Positions 40,096-55,827 of a stretch of 64,000 bases of DNA are shown one piece after another. Source of the DNA: Octopus vulgaris (lineage: Eukaryota); contig OX597840.1 in NCBI GenBank assembly GCA_951406725.2, positions 5,332,001-5,396,000 on the forward strand, written 5' to 3'. Below the pieces are notes generated by a model that saw only the letters and a program-made list of their open reading frames with translations, did not search any database and had not been told where the DNA came from. Made by a program: the position numbers and the translations under genes. The stretch's first letter is position 1. The number at the start of each line of letters is the position of its first letter.

Positions 40096-41202
40096 CGACG
40101 GGCTTCTTTCAGTTTCTGTCTACCAAATCCACTCACAAGGCATTGGTCGGCTCGAGGCTATAGTGGAAGGCACTTGCCCAAGGTGCCATGCAGTGGAACT
40201 GAACCCGGAACCATGTAGCTCGTAAGCAAGCAACTTACCACACAGCCACTCCTACGCCTATATTAATTTTTCTTTTGTTTTGGTAGATTTGTAACATCAT
40301 TACTGGAATAACCATGAAATAAATTTCACAGTTAAAATGTTAAAGACAGTCAGTAGGGTGTAATTTGAGGCATATTTAGCTGCTATTTCTAAAGAATTTG
40401 GTGTCCATATAGAGGCTCACTCCTTCATTGAGAATAGTCCAGTAGTGTTAAAGTAAACAAGTTATTTGCATTCCCCCGGGATAGAATACCAGTCCACTCT
40501 ACACTATATTCCCAAAAGTGTATTAAGTAATTATATAAACATGACTCATCAATGCAACCAGAGACAGACTGCCTGCAGTGCTATTTGAACCTGATTCCCA
40601 TTAATTACTAGGTTAATCCCATCACTTACTCAAGAGGCTTCTACCTGCATTATATGTAATACTCTTCCTCCAAAATTTCAATCCACTGATCTTCACAGTG
40701 TTGTCTCCCTTGGTGAATTATGTTTTCTTCTTGAGATTTTAAAAGCATTCTCCCCAGAGGGAGTTTTTATCTCTTAATTGCAAAGGTAATTTCAGTTGAT
40801 TGAAGTGTTTTCAACTCACTACTTTACATGTTGAGATGTTGCCATGTATGTACATGTAGACATGTAATACATATATAGACAAACAGACAGACATACATGT
40901 TTATAATGCAGGTTTATAGCAATAATACGTAAGCCTTATCCTTTATATGTATATAACACACATACACACACACATACACGCACGCACACACACACACACA
41001 TTATCATCATCATCATCATCATTATCATTTATTGTTCGTGTTTCTTGCTAGCATGGATCAACTTCTTTTCAGGGTCCAACAGGCATGTGTGTATTAAATC
41101 CTTAAATCCATAAAAATGTTTTAGCCCGAAGGCCGCGGCCATGCTGGGGCACCGCCGTATTGTTTATCTTTTATTTCAAGCCTTCTGCCTTCAGTTGAAA
41201 GG

Positions 41203-41244
<42 letters not shown>

Positions 41245-41614
41245 GAGTGAGAGAGCATGCCATCAAAGTGACACTAGGGTAAATTATACGAAGCCCAGTA
41301 TACCCATCATAACTACCCGTCTGATAAGGGTACACCAGGCACATGCATCACAACCATATGTGCGCGACATGGGGATCTCATAACAAGAGAAACAGCGCAT
41401 GACCTTGCGGGTGGGGCCCAGTTAGAATTTTCATCTGGTCGGGTAACCCATCCCACTCAAAAGATCCCTGAATAAGGGTTGTTTAAGGATGTTTAATTAT
41501 TTAAGGATGTTATTATCATCATTATTATTATTATCATTATTATCATTATTATTATTATCATTATTATTATTATCATTATTATTATTATTATTATTATTAT
41601 TAATATTATTATTA

Positions 41615-41711
<97 letters not shown>

Positions 41712-41820
41712 TATTATTATCATTATTATCATTATTATTATTATCATTATTATTATTATCATTATTATTATTATTATTATTATTATTAATATTATTATTA
41801 TCATTATTATTATTATCATT

Positions 41821-41895
<75 letters not shown>

Positions 41896-41924
41896 ATTAT
41901 TATTATTATTATTAATATTATTAA

Positions 41925-42051
<127 letters not shown>

Positions 42052-42442
42052 GTTGTTGTTGTTGTTGTTGTTGCTGTTGTTGTTGTTGTTGTTGTTATGG
42101 AGATTATCACAAGGTAGTGTCATTGTCGTTGATGCTCTGATTTACCGTTGCTGGCCAGGTTACATCACTCCCACCACGACCACCACCACCGTTCTTCTTC
42201 TGCCGTTCCTCTAGTTGTTGTTGTTGTTGCTTGCCTCCTGAATATTCTATGGTTTCTTCTGATATTGCGATTTAGATTGTGGTCAACAACCTTTCTAAGG
42301 CCTCTCTGTCTCCGCCAGCCCACCCTCCCTCCTGCTCTCTTCTCTCACTATATATATTCATACACACACACACACACACACACACATACACATACACACA
42401 CATCACTTGCACAAGCATATACATATATATATATATATATAC

Positions 42443-42501
<59 letters not shown>

Positions 42502-42518
42502 TATACATATATATATAC

Positions 42519-42549
<31 letters not shown>

Positions 42550-42928
42550 CATATGTATATGTATATACATATATGTATCTATTTGTATATACATTCATGT
42601 ATATATTTATATATATACTCATACATATGTATTTATGAGTATATTGAAGTAATGTATAAATATCTATGTATCCATACATACATGCATACATACATACATG
42701 CACATATACACAGGCACACTTACATATATATATACATATGTATTATGTACGCTTGTATGTATACACAAACACAGACACTCATACACAAATGAATATAGAT
42801 AAATATGTATACAAAGATGTATATACATATACATATGTGTGTCTATATTATGTATATATGTATGAAGATATGCATATATGTATGCACACACTCATACACA
42901 CATACATATGTATGCGTATATATATATT

Positions 42929-42973
<45 letters not shown>

Positions 42974-43071
42974 ACACACACACACACACATGCAAAACAT
43001 ACACCTACAGATATGCATACAAATATATATACATATATATATATGTATATATATGTGTGTATGTATATATG

Positions 43072-43102
<31 letters not shown>

Positions 43103-43131
43103 GTATATGTATGTATATATATGTATGTATG

Positions 43132-43180
<49 letters not shown>

Positions 43181-43307
43181 ATATGTGTATATATGTATAT
43201 GTATGTATATATATATGTGTTTATATGTATGTATATATATGTGTATGTATATGTGTGTATATGTGTATATATGTATATGTGTGTATATGTATATATATAT
43301 ATGTATA

Positions 43308-43367
<60 letters not shown>

Positions 43368-43685
43368 AATGCATTATATTTAAGATAATATAGGAGATAA
43401 ACACTACAACTTTTGCCAAACTTTGGTTCAGTTTCATACCAAATACAACATTCATCAGCAAGACGTATTTGGATTGAATTCCGAAGGCAGAAACCTGTGA
43501 AGTGAAAGATGGAATGATGAGATCCATAGAGTCAATTGTCTGACAGACAAAAAGACAAAAATGAGAAATACGAAATCTGATGAATGCTCCGTTTAGCATG
43601 AAAATTTTAGTTGCACAAAAGTAGTAACGTTTGTCAATCACACACACACATGCGTGTTTTATATATATGCATATGAATATGTGTG

Positions 43686-43717
<32 letters not shown>

Positions 43718-43761
43718 TGTATGTATGTATGTATGTATCTATCTATCTATCTATCTAATAT

Positions 43762-43797
<36 letters not shown>

Positions 43798-44002
43798 CGA
43801 TAGGTGAATGAATTATCCTATGTTTACCGTCAACATGGAAAATTCGATGAACCGATACCAGGGTAGCAAGTTCATGTCAGAAACACGGTTGAAGCGACCA
43901 GTCCAAGGGTAGAAACTCCGGGTTCATGTGCAGAAATTTGTGTGTTATATATGAATAAGTAAATAAATGGAGTTGAACGAAGATGTTAACAAAATTCCTT
44001 TA

Positions 44003-44084
44003 CTCTCGACATATGTTTCGAAGACAACATGGTTTTATTCCAAAGGAATAAACGGTGTAAGATGCAATCTTGTCATCAGGAAAG
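44003..44084 (-). ncRNA. Hammerhead ribozyme with long stem II (canonical core)
   Basis: Minus strand CTTTC-CTGATGA-cAAGAT...TTTATTCC ttt GGAATAAA...GTCTTc-GAAAC-ATAT-GTC-GAGAG. Confidence 0.8.
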
Positions 44085-44107
44085 AAAGGGAGCCTCTATA
44101 TATATAT

Positions 44108-44890
44108 ATTAGGTTGTCAAGAAAGTTCTTGTGGTTTTTAACCTTTCAATTCAGATGTACATATCTTGGCTCAAACAAAACTTTATTAATCGAAATAAAC
44201 ACCATCAGAATCAACACACATTTGCCAACGCAAATCAAGTTTATTTATGCCAGTAGCATAAAAATCCTGCGTTCTGGAGGTGATGAATTTGTTGAGGGGT
44301 GTTTGGCATCGTCTTGGTTTTTGAAGCATTTCTCACGTAGGAAGTTGTGGAGATGCTTGAAAAAGTGGTAGTCAGTAGGCGAGAGGTCTGGTGAGTATAG
44401 CGGATGAGGCAGAGTTTTGTAGCCCAAGTTTCCAACTTCTGCAGGGTCAGTTGTGCGACATGCAGCCAAGCATTGTGATGGAGAAGAATTGGTCCTTTTC
44501 TATTAACCAATGCTGGCTGTTGTCAGAGTTTCTTATGCATTTCACCAATTTACTGACAGTACTCTGCCGTAATGGTTTCGCCTGGATCAAAAAGGCTGTG
44601 ATGGATGAGACTGGTCACAGACCACCAAACAGTCAGCATGACCTTTTGGTGCAACTTTTGCTTCAGGAAGTGCTGTGAAGCTTCGTTGGCATCCAACCAC
44701 TGAGCTGACTGTTGCTGGTTGTTGTAAAGAATACATTTTTCACTGCAAATCACAATCCGGTCAAGAAATGGATCGTTCTTGTAGCATAAAAGAAGGAAAG
44801 ACGACACATCAAAATGAAGTTGTCTTTGGTTGTCGTTCAATTCGTGCGGCACCCATTTCTCAAGTATTTTTGTTTTTCCAGAGTGTAATG
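44108..44890 (-). mobile_element. Mariner transposon remnant
   Basis: WVPHEL, KGPILLHHNA and YSPDLSPTDYHFF in shifted frames; TIR-like TAttaggttgtcaagaaagttc at the left end. Confidence 0.88.
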
Positions 44891-45382
44891 GCTGCTTTTA
44901 CATAAGGCAGAAAAAGTTGTATCTTACCATACCAAGTGGAATTACTTCAACCAAGTATGTTAGTATGTCTTGTGTAATGAAACTAATATTAGCTCTCAAA
45001 TAAATATTTTATTAAAGTTTTAAATATTGAGATAGTGTGGTCAATTCCTTTGAGCATGGTTGATGCCAGTGCCACCTAGATTTTACCAGCTCCAATGCCT
45101 CAATTTGGATATACATACATCGTTACTTTTTAAATGGCGGTGCCCCAGCATGGCCACAGCTCTTGAGCTGAAACTATATAAAAAAAAAAAAAAAGAAAAA
45201 AAAAAATATATGAATGAGAATGAGTGGCTGTGTGGTAAGTAGCTTGCTTACAAACCATATGGTTCGAGGTTCAGTCCCACTGCATGGCACCTTGGGCAAG
45301 TGTCTTCTACTATAGCCTCAGGCTGACCAAAGCCTTGTGAATGGATTTGGTAGACGGAAGCTGAAAGAAGCCCGTCGAATAA

Positions 45383-45430
<48 letters not shown>

Positions 45431-47374
45431 ATATGTTTGTGTGTTTGTGTTTGTTCCCCCAACATCGCTTGACAACTGATGCTGGTGTATTTACATCCCC
45501 GTAACTTAGTGGTTCAGCAAAAGAGACTGATAGAATAAGTACTAGGTTTACAAAGAATAGGTCCTGGGGTCAATTTGCTCAACTAAAGGCAGTGCTCCAG
45601 CATGGCCACAGTCAAGTGACTGAAACAAGTAAAAGAGAGAAAAGAGTAAAGAGAGTATTCCTTTCTTAGTGGTAAGACCATAGCGGATCTACTTCTAGCA
45701 TCATGTATGTCCACGTGGTGGTCATCCCCTCTTATTTGAATGTAATATATATATAAATATGTATATACTGAGAGAGGGAGGGAAGGAGGGAGAGAGGGAG
45801 GAATAAAGCAAGCAAGAAAGAAAGAAAGAAAGAAAGAAATATAGAGGGAGCCACATTCCAATTTTAAAAACCAACTATTTTCATAACAATGCCCAGAATA
45901 GACATAATTCGTGGCGCAGCTCCATCTATTATACACTTTTGAGAATCTAATGTAAAATTAGTCAAGTGGATTTCTATATTTTAAAATGTAATTAAATTTT
46001 AATTAATTCTAATTTATATCTCTGTGCATTTTCAATTTCATTTCTTCTGTTACTCCACTTGTTTAGATTCCTAATAATTTATATATGTAAATGAGTGTGT
46101 GTGTGTGTATGTGCGTATGCGTTTGTGTGTTCTCGGAGGTGATAGTTTCAAAAGGTAGCTACATCCTGCAACTAAGAATACTGTACTGAAAGGTTAGTCT
46201 TAGAGGGAATAAAATATTTAATCCATAATCTTATTCTACTAAACCATAAGTGAAACAGAACATATTTTGTTGGACCAGCAATTTACGAATTAAATACTCT
46301 ATACTCTTTTACTCTTTTAGTCATTTGACTGCGGCCATGCTGGAGCACTGCCTTTAGTCGAGCAAATCGACCCCGGGACTTATTCTTTTGTAAGCCCAGT
46401 ACTTATTCTATCGGTCTCTTTTGCCGAACCGCTAAGTGACGGGGACGTAAACACACCAGCATCGGTTGTCAAGCAATGCTAGAGGGACAAACACAGACAC
46501 ACAAACATATACACACACATATATATATATATATGACAGGCTCCTTTCAGTTTCCGTCTACCAAATCCACTCACAAGGCTTTGGTCAGCCCGAGGCTATA
46601 GCAGAAGACACTTGCCCAAGATGCCACGCAGTGAGACTGAACCCGGAACCATGTGGCTGGTTAACAAGCTACTTACCACACAGCCACTTCTGCGCCTATA
46701 TACTCTATGTATATCATCATCATTATCATCATTTAACTTCCATTTCTATGCTGGTATAGATCAGACTGTTTGACTGGAGCTGACCAGCTGAAGGACTGTT
46801 CAGGCCCCATGTCTGCTTTGGTATGGTTTCTATGGCTGGATGCCCTTCCTAATGCCAACCACTTTACAGAGTGTAGTGAATGCTTTTACACAGCACCAGC
46901 ATGGGTGCTTTTTACATGACACCAGCACCCAAGGGCCCGCAAGATTAGGGATGCTCAGCGGGAGAGGGTTGCAGAGAGTTAACTTAAAGGTTTGACAAAA
47001 GCAACAAATAGAAGATGCGCCAGGCTTTAAATCAATACTGGGGCAGCTTTCTTAAACAAAACTTTCCAACGTAGTACCCCAACATGGCCTCAGTCCAACG
47101 ACTGAAACAAGAAAAAGAATATCTCACAGTGCCAGTCAGATTTCAACCATAAACTAGATAAATGGAAAATTTAGGTCTAAGTTTTGGCAAAAAAGTGAAA
47201 ACGAAAGAACAAATTAAAAACATTGTCTTTGAAAAGACAAAAAAATTCTGTTAGAGTAATTTTCCTTGGTAATTATTAATGTCGTTTACATTGTAACTTA
47301 TCTCGAGAAGGAAAGAGCTCTTCCTTGAAAAATTAATATACAGAAATCATATGAACTGCGATAACAAATCATAT

Positions 47375-47789
47375 ACTCTTTACTCTTTTACTCTTTTACT
47401 TGTTTCAGTCATTTGACTGTGGCCATGCTGGAGCACTGCCTTTAGTCGAGCAAATCGACCCCGGGACTTATTCTTTGTAAGCCCAGTACTTATTCTATCG
47501 GTCTCTTTTGCCGAACCGCTAAGTGACGGGGACGTAAACACACCAGCATCGGTTGTCAAGCAATGCTAGGGGGACAAACACAAACATACAGGCACACACA
47601 CATATACATATATATACATATATACGACAGGCTTCTTTCAGTTTCCGTCCACCAAATCCACTCACAAGGCTTTGGTCGGCCCGGGGCTATAGCAGAAGAC
47701 ACTTGCCCAAGATGCCACGCAGTGGGACTGAACCCGGAACCATGTGGATAGTAAGCAAGCTACTTACCACACAGCCACTCCTGCGCCTA
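47375..47789 (-). mobile_element. SINE family A; other - copies near 22870-23270, 35613-36360, 39852-40260, 46300-46698, 50452-50900, 54985-55410, 57634-58200, 58990-59545
   Basis: Reverse complement of the family A sequence. Confidence 0.9.
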
Positions 47790-48021
47790 TATAGGGAGGT
47801 ATTAATACTGAATTGATTATTTTTAATGTTTTTGGAAAAAGAACGCTTTTGATGACCTGGTAATATGTGTGTCATGTATAAGTATGAATATTAAGATAGT
47901 TGTATGCATTGAAACTATAACTATTCTGTACAAGATCTGTTGAGTATTTTCTTGGCATTTTTGAAAAGAAAACAAAGCATGCACACACATGCATATATAT
48001 ATGTATGCATTTATGTATTTC

Positions 48022-48066
<45 letters not shown>

Positions 48067-48134
48067 CCATGGGCTCCTTGAGAGCGGTCAGCTAAAAGTT
48101 TTTTGTGCATTTTGATGTCGACATAAGTTCCTTG

Positions 48135-48219
48135 ATTTTCCTGAAGAGAAATCTGCATAATGTACTCCTTATTCCTTCGGAATTAGGAATATGCAGCCTT
48201 CGAAACATATGTCGAAAAT
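48135..48219 (+). ncRNA. Hammerhead ribozyme with long stem II (canonical core)
   Basis: ATTTTC-CTGAAGA-gaaatCTGCAT...TCCTtATTCC ttc GGAATtAGGA..ATGCAGccttc-GAAAC-ATAT-GTC-GAAAAT; cleavage after 48213. Confidence 0.82.
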
Positions 48220-48827
48220 AGAGGATATTTGTTAACTAGTTGTTCAACTCCATTCTTTCATTTACTTATATATATATATGTATATATATATATCCAGCCT
48301 CGCCTGGCCCTCGTGCCGGTGGCACATAAAAAGCACCATCCGTTCGTGGCCGTTTGCCAGCTCTGTCTGGCACCTGTGCGGGTGGCACGTAAAAAGCACC
48401 CACTACACTCTCGGAGTGGTTGGCGTTAGGAAGGGCATCCAGCCGTAGAAACACTGCCAGATTTGACTGGGCCTGATGAAGCCTTCTGGCTTCACAGACC
48501 CCAGTAGAACCGTCCAACCCATGCTAGCATGGAAAACGGACGCTAAACGATGATGATGATGATGATGATGTGTGTGTGTATACATACATGCACACGGGCA
48601 CACAAACACACACACACATATATGATGGTTTAATTTGTAGATATATATTCGTATGTATGTAGTTCATGTCAGTGTTATAAGATAGGAGTACTTAATATAT
48701 ACACAGTTTATATAATGTGTGTATATATCTGTGTACATTTGGTTGTATATCAACATATGTATATGTATGTATGTATCTATGTATGCATGTATGTAACTAA
48801 GTTGCTGTACAATAGATATATAAACAG

Positions 48828-48875
<48 letters not shown>

Positions 48876-49105
48876 CTCTGTAGAGAGAGGGAGAGAGAGA
48901 GCAAATGGGAGGGAAAACTGGTTATATTTATACACATTAACATTCATATTTACATGTGTGTATAAATGCATACATGTATATATGATTTTGTATAAAACAA
49001 CTGTCTACATACATATATTTATGTATATGTGTGTGTGTGTGTATACATACACATGCACATACATATATATGTGTACATACGTATATATATATATATTTAT
49101 ATATA

Positions 49106-49190
<85 letters not shown>

Positions 49191-49910
49191 TTATATATAT
49201 ATATATATTTATGTATGTATGTATGTATGTATAAACATACATAAATATATATATATGTATACATGCATACATATACATTCATCATTATTGTCATCATCAT
49301 CCAATCATGAGTTCCTTCCAGAACGCAAAAATAATTCTTTGTTTTCCTTTAATTCTCTCAATTTCATTTGTGCTAATTTATTATATATATATTTTTTGGT
49401 ATTTTGTTTAGTTATGTATTTATTTTACTTCTATTGTGATTCTATTCCATTTATTTTTTTATTATTATTATTTTTTATTTTTACCATTCTGTACTTTTTC
49501 TTTTTGTAATTTTGGTTGCAGCAGTAGAATTTCTTTAGTAGCGCTATCTGTTGCTCCCAGGTGTTGTAATTCCGCCCTTCAAGCACTGATATTATGATGT
49601 GATGATGACAACTTGCACAGCCATTCGTGCATCCATGTTTAAGCTTATCTTTTGCCTATGTTCATATTAGTGGCGTATTTCAGGGTTGACAAGAATCAGA
49701 CAATTGATGACTTCAAGAACAGAACATCTCAGTGTTTGCTGAATTAATGTATGATGGTGGTGGTGAGGTGAGGGAAGTGTTGGTGGCAGTGGAGGAGGTG
49801 GTGGTGGTGATGGTGTGTGTTTGTGTGTATGTCTGTGTGGTGTGTGTATACATAAGAATATGTGTGTAATTATTAATATATGTATGTATATATGTATTAT
49901 ATATATATAA

Positions 49911-50055
<145 letters not shown>

Positions 50056-50155
50056 AAGTTAATCCAAACAAGAAAGCACAAAAAAACGCAACAACGCGAG
50101 GACGTGGAATAAATATAGTATTATTGGACGCTCAGGAAAAAAGGAAAGAAGGAGG

Positions 50156-50190
50156 GTTTAACGTTTCGAGCGGAGCTCTTTGTCGGAAAC
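50156..50190 (-). ncRNA. Degenerate minimal hammerhead, same family as 6355
   Basis: Minus strand GTTT-CCGACAA-a-GAGC tcc GCTC-GAAAC-GTT-AAAC; flanks align with 6295-6480. Confidence 0.6.
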
Positions 50191-50684
50191 ATAGGAGAAG
50201 GAAAGATCCATTGAAGGGAAGACAGAGGGAAAAAAATCGTTAACGGTACACACGTGGTCACATATATATATATATGGCAGTGCCCCAGCATGGCCACAGC
50301 TCGTGAGCTGAAACTAGATAAAATAAAAAAATATATATATATATGTATATGTATGTATGTATATATGCATACATGTATGTGTATAAATGTATATCTATAT
50401 ATACATTTGTATAGAATATATGTATATACATATACACATATACATATATTCTTTTACTCTTTTACTTGTTTCAGCCATTTGACTGTGGCCATGCTGGAGC
50501 ACTGCCTTTTAGTTGAGCAAATCGACCCTAGGACTTATTCTTTCTAAGCCAAGTACTTATTCTATCAGCCTCTTTTGCTGAACTGCTAAGTTATGGGGAT
50601 GTAAGCGCACCAGTATAGGTTGTCAAGCAATGTTGCGGGGACTAACACAGACACACAAACATATACAGACACATACATACATAG

Positions 50685-50761
<77 letters not shown>

Positions 50762-50907
50762 ATGGGCTTCTTTCAGTTTCCGTCACCCAGATCCACTCAC
50801 AAGGCTTTGGTCGGCCCGAGGCTATAGTAGAATACACTTGCCCAAGGTGCCACGCAGTAGGATTGAACCTGGAACCATGTGGCTCATAAGCAAGCTACTT
50901 AAATATA

Positions 50908-50948
<41 letters not shown>

Positions 50949-51609
50949 AGCATATAGACATGTGGCATGTTAGTATAAATATGTATATATAAATATATAT
51001 ATACATATAAACATATAGTGTGTTAGTATAAATATATATAAATTGTATGCATTATATACATACATACACATTAGATGATAATGATTTATTTATACATATT
51101 CACAAACATAAATGATATCCATTTCTACTCTAGGCACAAGGTCTGAAATTTTGGGGGAGATGGGGAGGCAGTCAATCAAATCAACACCAGTATGCAACTG
51201 GTACTTAATTTATCAACCCCATAAGATGAAAGGCAATGTCAACCTTGGTGGAATTTGAACTCAGAATGTTACAGACGAAATACCTATTTCTTTACTACCC
51301 ACAAGGGGCTAAACACAGAGAGGACAAACAAGGACAGACAAACAGATTAAGTCAATTATATTGACCCCAGTGCATAACTGGTACTTATTTAATCGACCCT
51401 GAAAGGATAAAAGGCAAAGTTGACCTCGGCTGAATTTGAACTCAGAACGCAGCGTCAGATGAAATACCGCTAAGCATTTTACTCGGCGTGCTACTGTTTC
51501 TGCCAGCTCACTTGCCTTACAAATATAAATGATATTGAATTAAGAGTGTATGTGTGTATGTATATATGTATATATATGTATGTATGTATACATATATATA
51601 TATATATAA

Positions 51610-52096
51610 TGGAAATTGCGGATGTGTTACCAGTGCCGGTGGCATGTCGAAACTCTACTTGTGAAGACCCGTTGAGGCAAGTGAGGATCAGAATTGAAAT
51701 CGATCAATGGAAATCGATCAATGGAAATTGCAGATGTGTTACCAGTGCCGGTGGCATGTAAGAGAACTTTCCGTTTTGCGACCGTTGCCAGCACCGCCCC
51801 GTTTCGTGTCCATTGCCAGCCTCGCCTGGCCCTCGTGCCGGTGGCACATAAAAAGCACCATCCGTTCGTGGCCGTTTGCCAGCTCTGTCTGGCACCAGTG
51901 CGGGTGGCACGTAAAAAGCACCCACTACACTCACGGAGTGGTTGGCGTTAGGAAGGGCATCCAGCCGTAGAAACACTGCCAGATTTGACTGGGCCTGATG
52001 AAGCCTTCTGGCTTCACAGACCCCAGTAGAACCATCCAACCCATGCTAGCATGGAAAACAGACGCTAAACGATGATGATGATGATGATGATGATGA

Positions 52097-52098
<2 letters not shown>
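51610..52098 (+). mobile_element. RTE LINE 3' UTR fragment
   Basis: Near-identical to 48295-48570 over the shared part; ends in (GAT)n. Confidence 0.75.
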
Positions 52099-52127
<29 letters not shown>

Positions 52128-52485
52128 GCACATATATATATATACACACACACACACACATATACAACTTGGATGTACATTCCGTCATATACACACATCC
52201 AACATCACAATACACATACATATACACAAACCAATGATGAATTTTCTCACTGGTTAGTTGACATAGTTAAACTGCCAAGTCATACAGCCATTATAACACA
52301 CCTGCAGCACATCTATTCTCTTTTTGGCCTCCCAGGATCAGATATAATAGCTTTGATGGGACTGAGGCTATTGTAGAAGACACTTGCCCAAGGTGCCACA
52401 GTCACAATATCATGGTGTGAAATTGAACCCAGAACCATGTGGTTGGGAAGCAAACTTCATATCATAGAACCATTTCTGCAAAGGA

Positions 52486-52543
<58 letters not shown>

Positions 52544-52560
52544 GTGTGTGTGTGTGTATG

Positions 52561-52848
52561 TGTGGAGCCGCAATGGACCAGTGGTTAGGACAGCGGACTC
52601 GCAGTTGTAGGATCACGGTATCGATTCCCAGACCGGGCGTTGTGAGTGTTTATTGAGCAAAAACACCTTAAGCCCCACAAGGCCCCAGCAGGGGGTGGTG
52701 GCGATCCCTGCTGTACTCTTTCGCCACAACTTTCTCTCACTCTTTCTTCTGCAGGGTGGCGTCATTTGAAGGCTAAAACAATGCGAAGCGCATTGTGACC
52801 AGCGATGTGTAGCAACATCTGATAGCCTGGTTGGTCACGGTGATCACG

Positions 52849-52851
<3 letters not shown>
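52561..52851 (+). mobile_element. SINE family B (tail type 2); second copy 19640-19947(-)
   Basis: Same head, tail gaaggctaaaacaatgcgaagcgcattgtgaccagcgatgtg. Confidence 0.82.
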
Positions 52852-52886
<35 letters not shown>

Positions 52887-53906
52887 CACAGACACATATT
52901 TACTCACGTGTATATATACATATCAGATTGAAAATAAGATGGGTTGGTCATGGATAGAGTGCTTTAATCATAGGTTTGTTTCATCTGGTTTGACCAGAAG
53001 CTTATCAACAGCAATATTAAAACGTCTAAGCACCACCACCACCACCACCACAACCATTGCCATTATCATCACCATCACCATCATACCATAACCACCACAG
53101 TTATTAGTCAATGCTGTAACATGATGGAGGGGGGTGAATAGTGTCACCTAACTAACATCTCCTCTCCATCCCACACCCATCTCTTGTGGTGTCCCCCTCC
53201 CCCGGCCTCACATTCTCTCTTCCTCTTCCTCTCAACACGACCTCCTCTTACACAGACAAACACACACAATTATTAATCTCTTACCACCACCACCACCACC
53301 ACCAACACCACCACCAGCACCACCACCAACACCACCACCAGCACCAGCACCACCATCATCACCACCACCACCACCACCACCACCAACACCACCACCACCA
53401 CCACCACCACCACCACCACCACCACCACCACTAACACCACCACCAGCACCAGCATCACCACCACCACCACAACCACCACCACTAACACCACAACCACCAC
53501 CAACACCACCACCACCACCACCACCACCAACACCACAACCACCACCACCACCACCAGCACCTGCACCACCACCACCACCACCACCACCACCACCACCACC
53601 AACACCACCACCAACGCCACCACCGCAACCATTAACTTTACTGGTCCTCCTGTCCTCCTACTCCACCCCCTACTCCACCCCCCCCCCCCCCCACCTGCAC
53701 GTTGCAATGTTTGGATTATCTCCTAATTATGTCTCTACATTAATACAGCCTACATACTGCTGTGGTGGCACCTGAGCATAGCTTAGGTGGTAGTAGTGGC
53801 GGTAGTGGTTGTGGTGGTGGTGGTAATTGTAGTTGCAGTTCTGTGATAGTGTGCTGGATGTGGATTGCTGTGTTGTTGGTTGAGGGGAGGAGAGTGATTG
53901 TATGTG

Positions 53907-53941
<35 letters not shown>

Positions 53942-54137
53942 GTATATATATATATATTATATATATAATATATAGGTGCAGGAGTGGCTGTGTGGTAAGA
54001 AGCTTGCTTCCCAACCACATGATTCCAGGTTCAGTCTCACTGTATGCACCATGGGCAAGTGTCTTCTACTATAGCCTTGGGCCAATGTATATATCAATGT
54101 ATGTAAGCATTTATGCATACACACATATATGTATTTT

Positions 54138-54225
<88 letters not shown>

Positions 54226-54391
54226 CACACATATAGGTATGTATATATATATATATGTATGTACATATGTTTATATATGTATGTGTATATATATATATAC
54301 ATACATACATAAACATACGTACATATATATATATATATATACATATTTATATAAATATATATACATTTATATAAAAACATATATACCTACA

Positions 54392-54427
<36 letters not shown>

Positions 54428-54445
54428 CATATATGTATATCTATC

Positions 54446-54476
<31 letters not shown>

Positions 54477-55199
54477 TTATATAATTGCATATCATCGGTG
54501 CTTTTTACGTGCCACCTGCACAGGGGCCGGGGGGTCCGGCATCGGTCACGATCGGTTCGAGCTTGTATTTATATAAATATATATGTTTGTATATGTATAT
54601 GTATATATATAAATATATGTGTGTGTGTGGGTGTGGGTGTATATATATATATGTGTGTGTTGTTTATAATTTATGCAGTATTCAGCAAAGAAAAGCTGGT
54701 AATGGAGTGATGAAACAATTGTACTCATATGTAATAAAGCCTATTTAGTCTATCTTCTTGTAAGACACTTTTAATAACATTTTTTAATGGTGCCTCACAA
54801 AAAACACTGGTTCTGGTGCCACGTAAAAAGCACCTGGCACACTCTGTGGAATAGTTGGCATTAGGAAGGCATCCAGCTATAGAAACCATGGCAGAATAGA
54901 CAATGGAGCCTGGTGTGGGCCTCCAACCTTACCAGCCCCTATTAAACTGTCCAACCATGCCAGCATGAAAAACAAGCATTAAATGACTCTTTTACTCTTT
55001 TACTGTTTTACTTGTTTCAGTCATTTGACTGCGGCCATGCTGGAGCAATGCCTTTAGTCGAGCAAATCGACCCCGGGACTTATTCTTTGTAAGTCCAGTA
55101 CTTATTCTATCAGTCTCTTTTGCCGAACCACTAAGTAACGGGGACGTAAACACACCAGCATTGGTTGTCAAGCAATGCTAGGGGGACAAACACAGACAC

Positions 55200-55250
<51 letters not shown>

Positions 55251-55718
55251 TACGACAGGCTTCTTTCAGTTTCCGTCTACCGAATCCACTCACAAGGCAT
55301 TGGTCGGCCCGGGGCTATAGCAGAAGACAGTTGCCCAAGATGCCACGCAGTGAGACTGAACCCGGAACCATGTGGTTGGTTAGCAAGCTACTTACCACAC
55401 AGCCACTCCTGGTGATGACGGTGATGATGATGATGATGATAATATATACGTATATTCTTCTATTCCTTTATGTTTCTGCCCTAAGGCTGTGGCCATGCTG
55501 CAGCATCACCAGTGTAACCACCTTCTCAATGGCCATTCTTATGTAACTGGCTTTTGGTGAAGGTGACCTATTTTGATATAGATTAATCTGGGACATTAAA
55601 GAGCAGAAATTCCCCCAGATGTTTTGGCAGGGCCCTAGAACCCAAGCTATTGCAGCACATGTTCATATATATATATGTAAATATACAAATATATGTGTGT
55701 GTGTGTGTGTGTATATAT

Positions 55719-55799
<81 letters not shown>

Positions 55800-55827
55800 C
55801 ACACACACATATATATATATATATATA

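Noticed and set aside
48473-48500. CTGATGA followed by a hairpin in the RTE UTR (also near 51995)
   Set aside because: No GAAA or stem III follows.
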